From: Bacteroidota bacterium
Lineage (GTDB): Bacteria > Bacteroidota > Bacteroidia > Flavobacteriales > Schleiferiaceae
Assembly (NCBI GenBank): GCA_003045865.1
Contig: PZPB01000004.1
Span: 6,656-70,655 of the forward strand
Direction of reading: 5' to 3'
Length of the DNA: 64,000 nucleotides
Numbering within the stretch: the stretch's first letter is position 1; each line of letters starts with the position of its first letter. Made by a program: the position numbers and the translations under genes. This document shows, piece by piece, positions 1-8,251 of the stretch. Under the pieces are notes generated by a model. That model saw only the letters and a program-made list of their open reading frames with translations, searched no databases and was not told where the DNA came from.

Positions 1-2
1 TT

Positions 3-242
3 TGGAGTTTTCTCGTTTGGTTTTTTTATCCCAAAATTGAGTTAGCAGGATTAATCTTAGATAAAACGGTTCTTGATCGCTCAGGTCTGGAGCATCGTTC
101 CTTTAACTGGATTACCACCAATAATAAGTATGTAAAGCCCGACGGCTCACAATATGAGATTACCGAAGATTACTATGGCTTTTTTCCGGTAAATCGACCT
201 GAATATGTGGTTAAAGATTTAACCGTTTTCAACCAAAAATAG
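3..242 (+). CDS. 5'-truncated N-terminal segment of the gene continued by 252..2267; ends at an in-frame TAG
   Basis: Frame 3 is open from base 3: WSFLVWFFYPKIELAGLILDKTVLDRSGLEHRSFNW...DYYGFFPVNRP...FNQK*. After TAG 240-242 the same frame continues IDSLARDLEYLYYTDAYG. The hydrophobic start resembles the end of a membrane anchor. Confidence 0.65.
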   Translation, partial: WSFLVWFFYPKIELAGLILDKTVLDRSGLEHRSFNWITTNNKYVKPDGSQYEITEDYYGFFPVNRPEYVVKDLTVFNQK

Positions 243-251
243 ATCGATAGT

Positions 252-2267
252 TTGGCGCGAGACCTGGAGTATCTCTATTATACAGATGCTTATGGTATCT
301 ATACCAATGAGTGGGTTTATGGAAGGGATATCAACGAAAGATCTCGTTTGGTTTATGGTGGTCTGTCGCAGCAAAGCTATTTGCTTTTTGAAAAGATGTT
401 TCGCAACCGCAAGCTCGTAATTACCGAGTTTAATAATATAGCCTCACCTACGTCATTGAACTTACGCTACAAGATGCAACGCGTTTTGGAATCGGATTTC
501 ACAGGCTGGACGGGCCGTTATTATCACTCTTTGGATACGCTGTTAAATCCCGATATTCCGGGGTGGATGAAGCGTCTGCATCGTCGTTATTATAAAAAAC
601 CTTTCGCTTATCCCGACATTCCAGGTTTAGTTCTAGTGCACGAAACAGAAAGAATTTTAGTCTTGCAATCGGGTTTAGATCTTGATTACGAAATTCCTAT
701 TTTAAATACTAGTGATGCCTTAATGAAACGGTATGGGTTACCAGAGTTTATACGATACCCTTACTGGTTTGATATAAATTTCGCTAAGGATACCAATAAC
801 ATTTATGCTAGTTATAAGATTCATACCAATTCACGTGGTGACTCTATTTTAGGTTCACAACTCTTACCCAATGAGTTTCCAGCCATTCTAGCCGATCACA
901 AGGAGAATCTTCGTTGGTATTTTTGCGGAGACTGGGCGGATAGTCCCACCCCTTTTGGTTTAAGTTATTTTAAGGGAGTACAATTTTTACGCAAGTTTTT
1001 CTATAATAACCGCGATGAGCTGGATCGAAAGAAATTCTTTTGGGAATATTATGAGCCGCTTATTTCGGGAATTTTTGAGGACTACATTGCGATTAAAGAT
1101 TCTATTTTCGGTCCGCGTCCATTGCCCTACGATTACCCGAATTATGTGCCTTATTATCGTCGCAATAATATGCCTTTACCGGATATCGATTTAATTGCCA
1201 GTGGGAGGGTATATGATCCAGAAGAAGTTTTAGGAACCCAATACAAGGAAAGAGCCTATCGCGATTCGGTGCTCCAGGCAGAAAGGGAGGAAGCAGCAAG
1301 AACGGGTTATTATATTGGAGAATATGGGGATACAGTTTATCTGAGTCAGGGTGAGATCACTGAATTAGAAGCGCAGGCACGATTCGAACAAGAAACTCAA
1401 GAAAAACGTGACTCGATTAACCAACGTCGTCTCGATTCCATTCGCGGGGAGGGGCAATTTGATCCGCGTTATCGCATGCAAAATGCTGGAGTAATCCCAA
1501 GTTTGCGAAGAGGGGGCAGAATGCCTTTTAGAATTCCACTAACAAAAGAGGATTTATCTAAACGGGAGGCTTTCAGAGATTCTTTACGAATTGTAAGAGA
1601 GGCCCGTCGGCAGGCTCGCGAAGATTCCCTCGCCGCTCTAAAAGGAGAAATAGTTAAAGTGAAGGAAGCAGAGCAAGAAAGGGAAGTTGTACCCATTGCG
1701 GCAAGTGAAGAATTCGTGATTGAGGAAAGGTTTAGACGCGGTGCTCGGGTAAGAGGGTCTTCTGGAGAAGCGGCTTCCAAGAAAATTAAGGATGAAAATG
1801 AAGCTGAAACGGAAGTCTTAGATAATTGGTCAAACGTGAATTCTCATCCGTCAAGCGAGGTGCTTATAGTGCCTAATCTTAATCGCTACAGAGTCGGCGG
1901 CAGATTGCCATCTTTTTACAAGCACGAGAAAGTAAAGAAAACAGAGGAGCAAGATTTAGCTACTAATAATGAGGATTTAACCGAGACAATTGAGCCACAA
2001 AGCACGATAACAGAACTTGTATTACCTGCCATAGTAGCGAGTGAAAATCAGAAGGTTTACCACATTATTGTAGCTAGTTTTACGAATAAGAAACAAGCGG
2101 AAAGCTTTTTAAAGCGCAAGAGATCAAAGGATTTGCAGCTGATTTACTTTCCAGAAAAAGGTACGTATCGGGTGTCCAAAGGGTCTTACCCTTCTATAAA
2201 AGATGCGAATAGAGCTTTGATAAATATCCTCGGTGCATTTCCCGATGCTTGGCTGTTGAAAGTATAA
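252..2267 (+). CDS. Hypothetical protein: aromatic-rich N-terminal domain, long charged linker, C-terminal SPOR domain (probably the 3' part of an interrupted gene)
   Basis: 671-aa ORF. C-terminal YHIIVASFTNKKQAE...YRVSKGSY...FPDAWLL is SPOR-like. The TTG start has no signal peptide of its own. Confidence 0.7.
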   Translation: MARDLEYLYYTDAYGIYTNEWVYGRDINERSRLVYGGLSQQSYLLFEKMFRNRKLVITEFNNIASPTSLNLRYKMQRVLESDFTGWTGRYYHSLDTLLNPDIPGWMKRLHRRYYKKPFAYPDIPGLVLVHETERILVLQSGLDLDYEIPILNTSDALMKRYGLPEFIRYPYWFDINFAKDTNNIYASYKIHTNSRGDSILGSQLLPNEFPAILADHKENLRWYFCGDWADSPTPFGLSYFKGVQFLRKFFYNNRDELDRKKFFWEYYEPLISGIFEDYIAIKDSIFGPRPLPYDYPNYVPYYRRNNMPLPDIDLIASGRVYDPEEVLGTQYKERAYRDSVLQAEREEAARTGYYIGEYGDTVYLSQGEITELEAQARFEQETQEKRDSINQRRLDSIRGEGQFDPRYRMQNAGVIPSLRRGGRMPFRIPLTKEDLSKREAFRDSLRIVREARRQAREDSLAALKGEIVKVKEAEQEREVVPIAASEEFVIEERFRRGARVRGSSGEAASKKIKDENEAETEVLDNWSNVNSHPSSEVLIVPNLNRYRVGGRLPSFYKHEKVKKTEEQDLATNNEDLTETIEPQSTITELVLPAIVASENQKVYHIIVASFTNKKQAESFLKRKRSKDLQLIYFPEKGTYRVSKGSYPSIKDANRALINILGAFPDAWLLKV

Positions 2268-2502
2268 GGTGTTGTTTCCTGAAATTATTGAAGAGCTACC
2301 TCAAAGATTATTTTTTTTTGGTAGTTTTTTGTGGGCTGTAGTGGATGCGAATGCGAGGAGAAAGAAGCCATTATTTAGGCTTATGTAAGCGCAGAAAGCC
2401 ATCGATAGGGATTTATGAAGACCTGAGTTCAACCTAAGACTAATCCTCAGATTCACTGGTAAGTGGTTCAACGGATGTTGGATTGCTGAAGTGTTATTGA
2501 GC

Positions 2503-2544
2503 AAAAAAAAGCCCTTAAGAATGAATGAACTAAGGCTTAAGGGC
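2503..2544 (-). terminator. Rho-independent terminator of the receiver-HEAT-GT2 operon
   Basis: Inverted repeat GCCCTTAAG (2511-2519) / CTTAAGGGC (2536-2544) with an A8 tract at 2503-2510 (U8 on the minus strand). Confidence 0.65.
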
Positions 2545-2573
2545 CAATATTAAATACGATTTGAAAGATCTAG

Positions 2574-4103
2574 CTAAGCTCCTGCAGGACTAGATCGCAC
2601 TTGATTTTTTGAACTAGGGCTCGGTTTCGATATGGTAATCTTGCGACCTTTGCTGCCGTTGCTAGGCTTTTTAAAGCCAACGCGTTTCATGCTACCCCAT
2701 GCTTTCTTGCCTTCGAAGAAATAATCCCAGTTTCCAGTTACGGAACAATATACCAAGAAGGGGTGGAAAATAAGCGGTTCTAAAAGTCCGGCTAGTACTA
2801 AACGCAATAGCTGACGACGCTTCTTGTAGTGGAAAAAAGTAATCTCTTCTATATATAAGGTTGCAATGGTAAAGGAAACTGTGTAACCGTAAATTAAGGC
2901 GATAAAGAGGTAAAGAAAGCTAATATTTATAACGCCTAAAAGGCTGAATAAAACTAAAAGTAAAATGCCAAAGGCCTCAATAAGAGGAGCTAACCATTCG
3001 AATAATAACCAATAAGGGTAGCTAATCATTCCTATTTTCCCGTAATAAGGATTTAGGAAAAGACGCTTGTGGGCAAGTAAAGTTTCAAGTGCTCCGCGTG
3101 TCCAGCGGTTTCTTTGACGGCGCAAAACCGCCCAAGATTCGGGAACCTCGGTCCAGCACAAGGGATCAGGTACAAAACCTACCACGTAATCGATATCCTT
3201 TTCGCGGGCATAACGGCGCATTCTTACGGTAAGCTCCATGTCTTCCCCAATAGTATCGTCGTCGTATCCGCCACAAGCAATAACTAGCTCTTTTTGGAAC
3301 ACTCCTAAGGCGCCACTAATTAATAGAAGGCCGTCTAAAGATCCCCAAGCCACCCGTCCTAATAAAAAGGATCGCAGATACTCTAGGGTTTGAAATTGCG
3401 ACAGAAGCTTATTAGGTACATTGATTTCGGTGATACGGCCTTTATCAATTTTACAGTTATTAGCAATCCTTACCACACCACCGGTGGCGATCATGTTTTT
3501 CTCTGTTTCCTCGAGAAAAGGCTTCATTAATTTCAGAAGACAGTCTTCCTCTAAAATACAATCAACGTCAATGTTTAGAGTATACTCGCCGGTAGATACG
3601 TTAATAGCAGCATTTAGAGCATCTGATTTACCGCCGTTCTCCTTATCAACCACCACCAGATTATTGTAGGCTGGGTTTTTCGATTTGTAAACAGCCTTAA
3701 CATTTTTAGTAGCCAAAGTATAATTCACCGCAAAGTCAACCCGTTCTAAATGGTACTCTTCTATCAATTTAATGAGGCTTCGATCACGGCTACCATCATT
3801 GACTACAATCACCTCAAAATTGGGATAGCGAATAGATAATAGGGAGCGCACGTTTTCGATAATGCTTGCTTCCTCATTGTAGGCTGGCGCCAAGATGGAA
3901 ACGGTAGGCGCTTCTGGGCTTTGTAAAATATTTAAGTAATCGGTGTAGGAGTTACGACGCAGGTATTTACGAGCTTGCACCACGGATAAAATACCAAGCA
4001 CGAGATAGGAAACCATTACGAAAACGGTGTACCCGTAGGTAACGAAAAAGAAGACATAGATTAATACATCTATGAATGAATTCTGATTATCAAATTCTAT
4101 CAT
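2574..4103 (-). CDS. Processive GT2 glycosyltransferase (IcaA/PgaC-like polysaccharide synthase)
   Basis: Motifs PAYNE, NDGS, NGGKSDALN, DVD, GEDMEL and QRNRW; N- and C-terminal TM helices. Confidence 0.88.
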   Translation of the reverse strand: MIEFDNQNSFIDVLIYVFFFVTYGYTVFVMVSYLVLGILSVVQARKYLRRNSYTDYLNILQSPEAPTVSILAPAYNEEASIIENVRSLLSIRYPNFEVIVVNDGSRDRSLIKLIEEYHLERVDFAVNYTLATKNVKAVYKSKNPAYNNLVVVDKENGGKSDALNAAINVSTGEYTLNIDVDCILEEDCLLKLMKPFLEETEKNMIATGGVVRIANNCKIDKGRITEINVPNKLLSQFQTLEYLRSFLLGRVAWGSLDGLLLISGALGVFQKELVIACGGYDDDTIGEDMELTVRMRRYAREKDIDYVVGFVPDPLCWTEVPESWAVLRRQRNRWTRGALETLLAHKRLFLNPYYGKIGMISYPYWLLFEWLAPLIEAFGILLLVLFSLLGVINISFLYLFIALIYGYTVSFTIATLYIEEITFFHYKKRRQLLRLVLAGLLEPLIFHPFLVYCSVTGNWDYFFEGKKAWGSMKRVGFKKPSNGSKGRKITISKPSPSSKNQVRSSPAGA

Positions 4104-5205
4104 CCAAAATATGCTTCACAATGCTTTCTCCTTTTTCGGAAAGCTCCTGTTCTTTGTAACTTACTAATACATCTCTGCGTCCCAGGCGCTTTAAAGATTG
4201 TGCGGCTTCAAAAACTAAGTCGTACTCTTTTTCGCGTGCAATGGTTTCTCTCAGGAAGCCAACTTCCTTGGAGCCTCCTAAGTCGCCCATGGCGCATAAG
4301 ATTTGTTTTTTAATTCTGATTTTCTTGGTCAGCTCGTAAACTTCATAAAGATTTTCTAGGCATTCCGCATAAGCCAATTCACGCGCCGTATCAATGGCTT
4401 TCTCTTGTACTTTTTCATCTTTATGATACAGCAGTTTCCGAAGTTCTCCTTTTTCGTGATACTGATTAAGGTTACGCATAATCATGAGGCCAAAAACCAC
4501 TACTGAGTTATTGTCAGATCTTAACCATTTACCCATGCGATCAATGAGCTCGTATTCAAACTTTAAACTTTGATCAAGTAATCTGATCTGCTGCCATTCA
4601 CTCATGGGTGTGTCTAGATCGTCAAGAAAGCCCATTGCCTTTTTGCCACCAAGTTTTACAGCAGCATACTGAGCTTCGTAGCGTACATTCTGATTTTCGT
4701 AATCGGTGTATTGTAAAATGTCGAATAAAGATTCGCCCATGCGCATGGTGCTAAGATCATTAATAGCCTTAATGTGCCACTCTCCAATACGTAGGTTATC
4801 TAATGCAATCTGCTTAAGACCAATCTCGCGGTAAAGCATCTCCAAACGGTTGAAGGCTTCGCCGCCCAGATTTCGGTGATAATAAAGAATGAGCTCGTTA
4901 AGAATCGCCATATTCGATTTGCGGTAAAGGGCGGAATCTACAATACGATTGATTTTTTTGATGGCATCTTTAAATTCTCCGCCGTCGGATTCGCTAAAAA
5001 CAATTTCCTGAATAATAGGCTCAACATTTCGGCTGATACGTCTTTCGCGATTTTCAACACTATTTTTTCTAGATCTTTCACGCAAAACAATAACAATCAT
5101 TGCAGCCGCTAGTATCAAAAGACTGATAACCAAAAAGAGTACGATTTTGTACCGTGGCTCAAGGGCTACTAGGAAGTAATAGGTTTCGGTGAAAAATCTG
5201 CTCAC
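4090..5205 (-). CDS. Membrane-anchored HEAT-repeat protein
   Basis: One N-terminal TM helix followed by helical repeats (VRYEAQYAAVKLG, LRKLLYHKDEKVQEKAI, ILCAMGDLG); overlaps the GT2 start. Confidence 0.75.
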   Translation of the reverse strand: MSRFFTETYYFLVALEPRYKIVLFLVISLLILAAAMIVIVLRERSRKNSVENRERRISRNVEPIIQEIVFSESDGGEFKDAIKKINRIVDSALYRKSNMAILNELILYYHRNLGGEAFNRLEMLYREIGLKQIALDNLRIGEWHIKAINDLSTMRMGESLFDILQYTDYENQNVRYEAQYAAVKLGGKKAMGFLDDLDTPMSEWQQIRLLDQSLKFEYELIDRMGKWLRSDNNSVVVFGLMIMRNLNQYHEKGELRKLLYHKDEKVQEKAIDTARELAYAECLENLYEVYELTKKIRIKKQILCAMGDLGGSKEVGFLRETIAREKEYDLVFEAAQSLKRLGRRDVLVSYKEQELSEKGESIVKHILDDRI

Positions 5206-5211
5206 GATAAC

Positions 5212-5589
5212 TTATTTTTTAGCGTTTTTCAACAGCTTTTTTATTCTAACGGATAATTCATTCGGACTAAAAGGTTTGGTCATAAAGTCATCTGCCCCAA
5301 GGTCAAACGCTTTTAAAACAGCCGTTTCAGAGTTTAGAGAGGTTAGCATTAATACCGGGGCATCAGTTCCTCTCTCCTTTAATATCTTAACAAGCTCAAA
5401 GCCACTAATAAAGGGCATCATAATGTCACTAATGATTATTTGATACTCATCGCTTTCAATCTTCTGAATGGCTTTTTCGCCATCTTCAGCCGTATCAACA
5501 TCGTAACCATCTTTGGTTAGTTTAAAGGCTAATGCGTCACGAATTAATGGTTCGTCATCAACAATTAATATTTTTGCTCTATCACTCAT
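5212..5589 (-). CDS. Stand-alone response regulator receiver protein
   Basis: ILIVDDE, phospho-acceptor SDIMMP, LTS, GADDFMTKPF; 125 aa with no output domain. Confidence 0.92.
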   Translation of the reverse strand: MSDRAKILIVDDEPLIRDALAFKLTKDGYDVDTAEDGEKAIQKIESDEYQIIISDIMMPFISGFELVKILKERGTDAPVLMLTSLNSETAVLKAFDLGADDFMTKPFSPNELSVRIKKLLKNAKK

Positions 5590-5616
5590 GGTCTGGTAAA
5601 ATTCTTTTAAACATTA

Positions 5617-5624
5617 CAAATGTA
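5617..5624 (-). promoter_or_regulatory. Bacteroidota sigma70 -7 element for the receiver gene
   Basis: TACATTTG on the minus strand matches TAnnTTTG, 27 nt upstream of the ATG. Confidence 0.55.
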
Positions 5625-5696
5625 TTTTTTAAAGAATGTAGCATTCCCAATTTTAGATTAGAGGTTTAAAATTTAAGACGTGCAGCACATACAACT

Positions 5697-6440
5697 ATGA
5701 ACAGAAGGCTAAATAACTTAAGTGAATTGATTAACAGGTCTGCAATAAACCATGAAATTTCGATTGTTGTGTTCACGGGAGCGGGTATGAGTGCGGAAAG
5801 TGGCATAAGTACCTTTCGTGATCAAAATGGTCTTTGGGAGAATCATAAACTGGAGGAGGTAGCAAGTATTGAGGCTTGGCACCGCAATCGGGCTTTGGTA
5901 TTGGATTTTTACAACCAACGGCGACGTCAATTATTGCAGGTGAAACCCAATAAAGGGCACGAAGCCTTAGTAGAAATGGAAAAGGGTTTCCCTAATTTGC
6001 AGGTAATAACTCAAAATGTTGATGATCTCCACGAAAGGGCGGGCCAGACAAATGTGCTGCACTTGCATGGTCAATTGAGAACTTCTCGCAGCACTGGACC
6101 AGGAGAGGAGGTTTATGATATTGACGGATCAGAACTGACTTTAGGGGATACTTGTCCGAATGGTTTTCAGTTACGCCCTAATATTGTTTGGTTCGGAGAA
6201 ATGGTTCCTGCCTTTGAAGAAGCGCTGTCCCTAGTTTCGCAATGTGATTTGTTAATCGTTGTGGGTACTTCATTGTCGGTATATCCAGCCGCAAGTTTAT
6301 TGGACTATGTTAGCGCACAAACCAACATTCTTTTAATAGACCCTAATGAACCCAGTTTCAGAGGTTCTAAGCGTATTTATCATTTTCCCGCGAAAGCGTC
6401 GCGTGGCCTTATGGAACTCGCAAGATTATTAATGCCTTAG
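5697..6440 (+). CDS. cobB: NAD-dependent protein deacylase (Sir2 family, class III)
   Basis: TGAGMSAESG, FYNQRR, TQNVDDLHERAG, HLHG, RPNIVWFGE, GTSLSVYPAA. Confidence 0.92.
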   Translation: MNRRLNNLSELINRSAINHEISIVVFTGAGMSAESGISTFRDQNGLWENHKLEEVASIEAWHRNRALVLDFYNQRRRQLLQVKPNKGHEALVEMEKGFPNLQVITQNVDDLHERAGQTNVLHLHGQLRTSRSTGPGEEVYDIDGSELTLGDTCPNGFQLRPNIVWFGEMVPAFEEALSLVSQCDLLIVVGTSLSVYPAASLLDYVSAQTNILLIDPNEPSFRGSKRIYHFPAKASRGLMELARLLMP

Positions 6441-6467
6441 CGCTCTAAAAATTCCATTAATAAATTA

Positions 6468-6475
6468 TATCTTTG
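6468..6475 (+). promoter_or_regulatory. -7 promoter element of rimP-nusA-infB
   Basis: TATCTTTG matches TAnnTTTG. Confidence 0.7.
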
Positions 6476-6484
6476 CCGCAAATT

Positions 6485-6508
6485 GAGGGGGCTATTGTCC
6501 CCTCTTTT
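6485..6508 (+). promoter_or_regulatory. rimP leader hairpin (attenuator-like)
   Basis: GAGGGGGC-TATT-GTCCCCTC followed by TTTT, between the promoter and the rimP start. Terminator-like rimP leaders are known to be widespread. Confidence 0.65.
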
Positions 6509-6522
6509 ATTAGGCGATAACT

Positions 6523-6987
6523 ATGGATAAGGCGAAAGTTAGAGAATTGTTGGATCGGGCTCTTGAGCAAGAGTCGGCATTTTTAATTGATTTTTCGATT
6601 AGTTCATCCAACGTAATAAACGTTAGCGTGGATACTTTGGAAGGTATAACCTTGAAAGGGATTACCGCAGTTAGTCGCATGATAGAGCATAATTTGGACC
6701 GTGAGGTTGAAGACTTCGAACTAAGTGTAAGTTCCCCAGGGGTAGGTAGCCCTTTATTGGTTAAAGATCAGTATATTCAAAATATTGGTCGCGACTTAAA
6801 GGTTAAAACAACTAATGATGAGGAATTTGTGGGTGAATTGCTTGCTTTTGAGGAGGAGATTTTAACTTTGCAGTGGGAAGAACGTGTGCCCAAGGAAGTT
6901 GGGAAAGGAAAAGTAACAGTAAAAAATGAGGCTCAGATTGCTTTAGCAGACGTAAAAGAAGCTAAAGTTCAGGTGAGATTCAATTAA
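6523..6987 (+). CDS. rimP: Ribosome maturation factor RimP
   Basis: FELSVSSPGV motif, 154 aa, first gene before nusA. Confidence 0.93.
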   Translation: MDKAKVRELLDRALEQESAFLIDFSISSSNVINVSVDTLEGITLKGITAVSRMIEHNLDREVEDFELSVSSPGVGSPLLVKDQYIQNIGRDLKVKTTNDEEFVGELLAFEEEILTLQWEERVPKEVGKGKVTVKNEAQIALADVKEAKVQVRFN

Positions 6988-7000
6988 GGAATAGGCAGCT

Positions 7001-8236
7001 ATGGAAAATCAGGCTATTATAGAGAGTTTTGCCGACTTTAAAGACGAGAAAAACATCGACAGAGTTACGCTTATGGCGATTCTGGAGGATGCTCTGCGTA
7101 ATCAGCTTAAGAAAAAATATGGCAGCGATGATAACTTTGACATCATCGTAAACCCGGATAAAGGGGATGTGGAAATTTGGAGAAACCGGGTAATTGTGGA
7201 AGACGATGAGTTGGAAGACGATAATACGGAAATAGCTTTCAGTGAAGCATTAAAAATCGAGCCTGACTTTGAAGTAGGCGAAGAGGTGTCAGAAGAGTTG
7301 AAGCTGATCGATCAAGGTCGTCGCTTCGTTCTTGCTTTCCGTCAGAACCTAGTTCAGAAAATTCAAGAGCATGATAATAGCATAATCTACAAGAAGTACA
7401 AAGACATGGAAGGTGAAATCCTTACCGGCGAAGTACATCATGTTAGACCAAGAGCAGTTATCATTTATGATGATGACCAGAATGAATTGATCTTGCCAAA
7501 GGATCAGCAAATTCCCCGCGACTTCTTCCGTAAGGGAGATACCATTCGCGCAGTTGTAAAGGATGTAGATTTAAGAGGAACCAAGCCGGTTATAATCTTA
7601 TCCCGCACCAGCGAAAAGTTCTTAGAAAAACTTTTTGAACAAGAAATTCCTGAGGTTTTTGATGGTTTAATTACCGTAAAAAAAGTAGTACGTGAACCAG
7701 GTGAAAAAGCCAAAGTAGCGGTAGAGTCTTACGATGATCGTATTGATCCAGTAGGTGCTTGTGTTGGGATGAAGGGAAGCCGAATTCATGGTATTGTGCG
7801 TGAATTAGGAAACGAGAATATTGATGTTATCAATTATACTAGTAATGACCAGCTTTTGATTCAAAGGGCTTTAAGTCCTGCGAAAATTAGCAGCATTACT
7901 TTAGATACAGAGGCCGCTAGAGCAGATGTGTTTTTAAAACCGGAAGAGGTTTCTAAAGCGATCGGTAAAAGAGGTCTAAATATAAAATTAGCGGGTTTAT
8001 TAACTGGCTATGAAATAGACGTGTATCGCGACGTAGATGAGAATGAAGATGTAGAGTTGACAGAGTTTTCGGATGAAATCGAAGCTTGGGTTATTGAAGC
8101 TCTGCGCACCATCGGTTGTGATACAGCAAAAAGTGTGTTAGATTTATCTGTGGAGGAATTAGTTACTAGAACCGATCTAGAGCAAGAGACCATAGAGGAT
8201 GTGCGCAGGGTGCTGCGTGCTGAGTTTGAGGAATAA
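7001..8236 (+). CDS. nusA: Transcription termination/antitermination factor NusA
   Basis: S1/KH motifs EIPEV, REPGEKAKVAV, DPVGACVGMKGSRI, AIGKRGLN. Confidence 0.97.
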   Translation: MENQAIIESFADFKDEKNIDRVTLMAILEDALRNQLKKKYGSDDNFDIIVNPDKGDVEIWRNRVIVEDDELEDDNTEIAFSEALKIEPDFEVGEEVSEELKLIDQGRRFVLAFRQNLVQKIQEHDNSIIYKKYKDMEGEILTGEVHHVRPRAVIIYDDDQNELILPKDQQIPRDFFRKGDTIRAVVKDVDLRGTKPVIILSRTSEKFLEKLFEQEIPEVFDGLITVKKVVREPGEKAKVAVESYDDRIDPVGACVGMKGSRIHGIVRELGNENIDVINYTSNDQLLIQRALSPAKISSITLDTEAARADVFLKPEEVSKAIGKRGLNIKLAGLLTGYEIDVYRDVDENEDVELTEFSDEIEAWVIEALRTIGCDTAKSVLDLSVEELVTRTDLEQETIEDVRRVLRAEFEE

Positions 8237-8251
8237 TTTTAAATTAATTAC

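Noticed and set aside
240-242. Genome-wide TAG reassignment or pyrrolysine
   Set aside because: TAG is the normal stop of cobB (6438), coxA (23426) and the Omp28-T9SS gene (31088), and no pyl genes are visible
2268-2502. Possible sRNA or small ORF (2301..2504) between convergent genes
   Set aside because: No recognisable structure, promoter or protein-like features
5652-5670. TTTAGA...TTTAAA dyad between the receiver gene and cobB
   Set aside because: Spacing is 2 nt longer than the 12078 dyad, and the AT-rich context makes chance likely
5697-6440. Sir2 protein as an anti-phage component; zinc-site cysteines missing
   Set aside because: Has the housekeeping CobB class III signature (Y..R) and no defence neighbours; zinc-less variants are common
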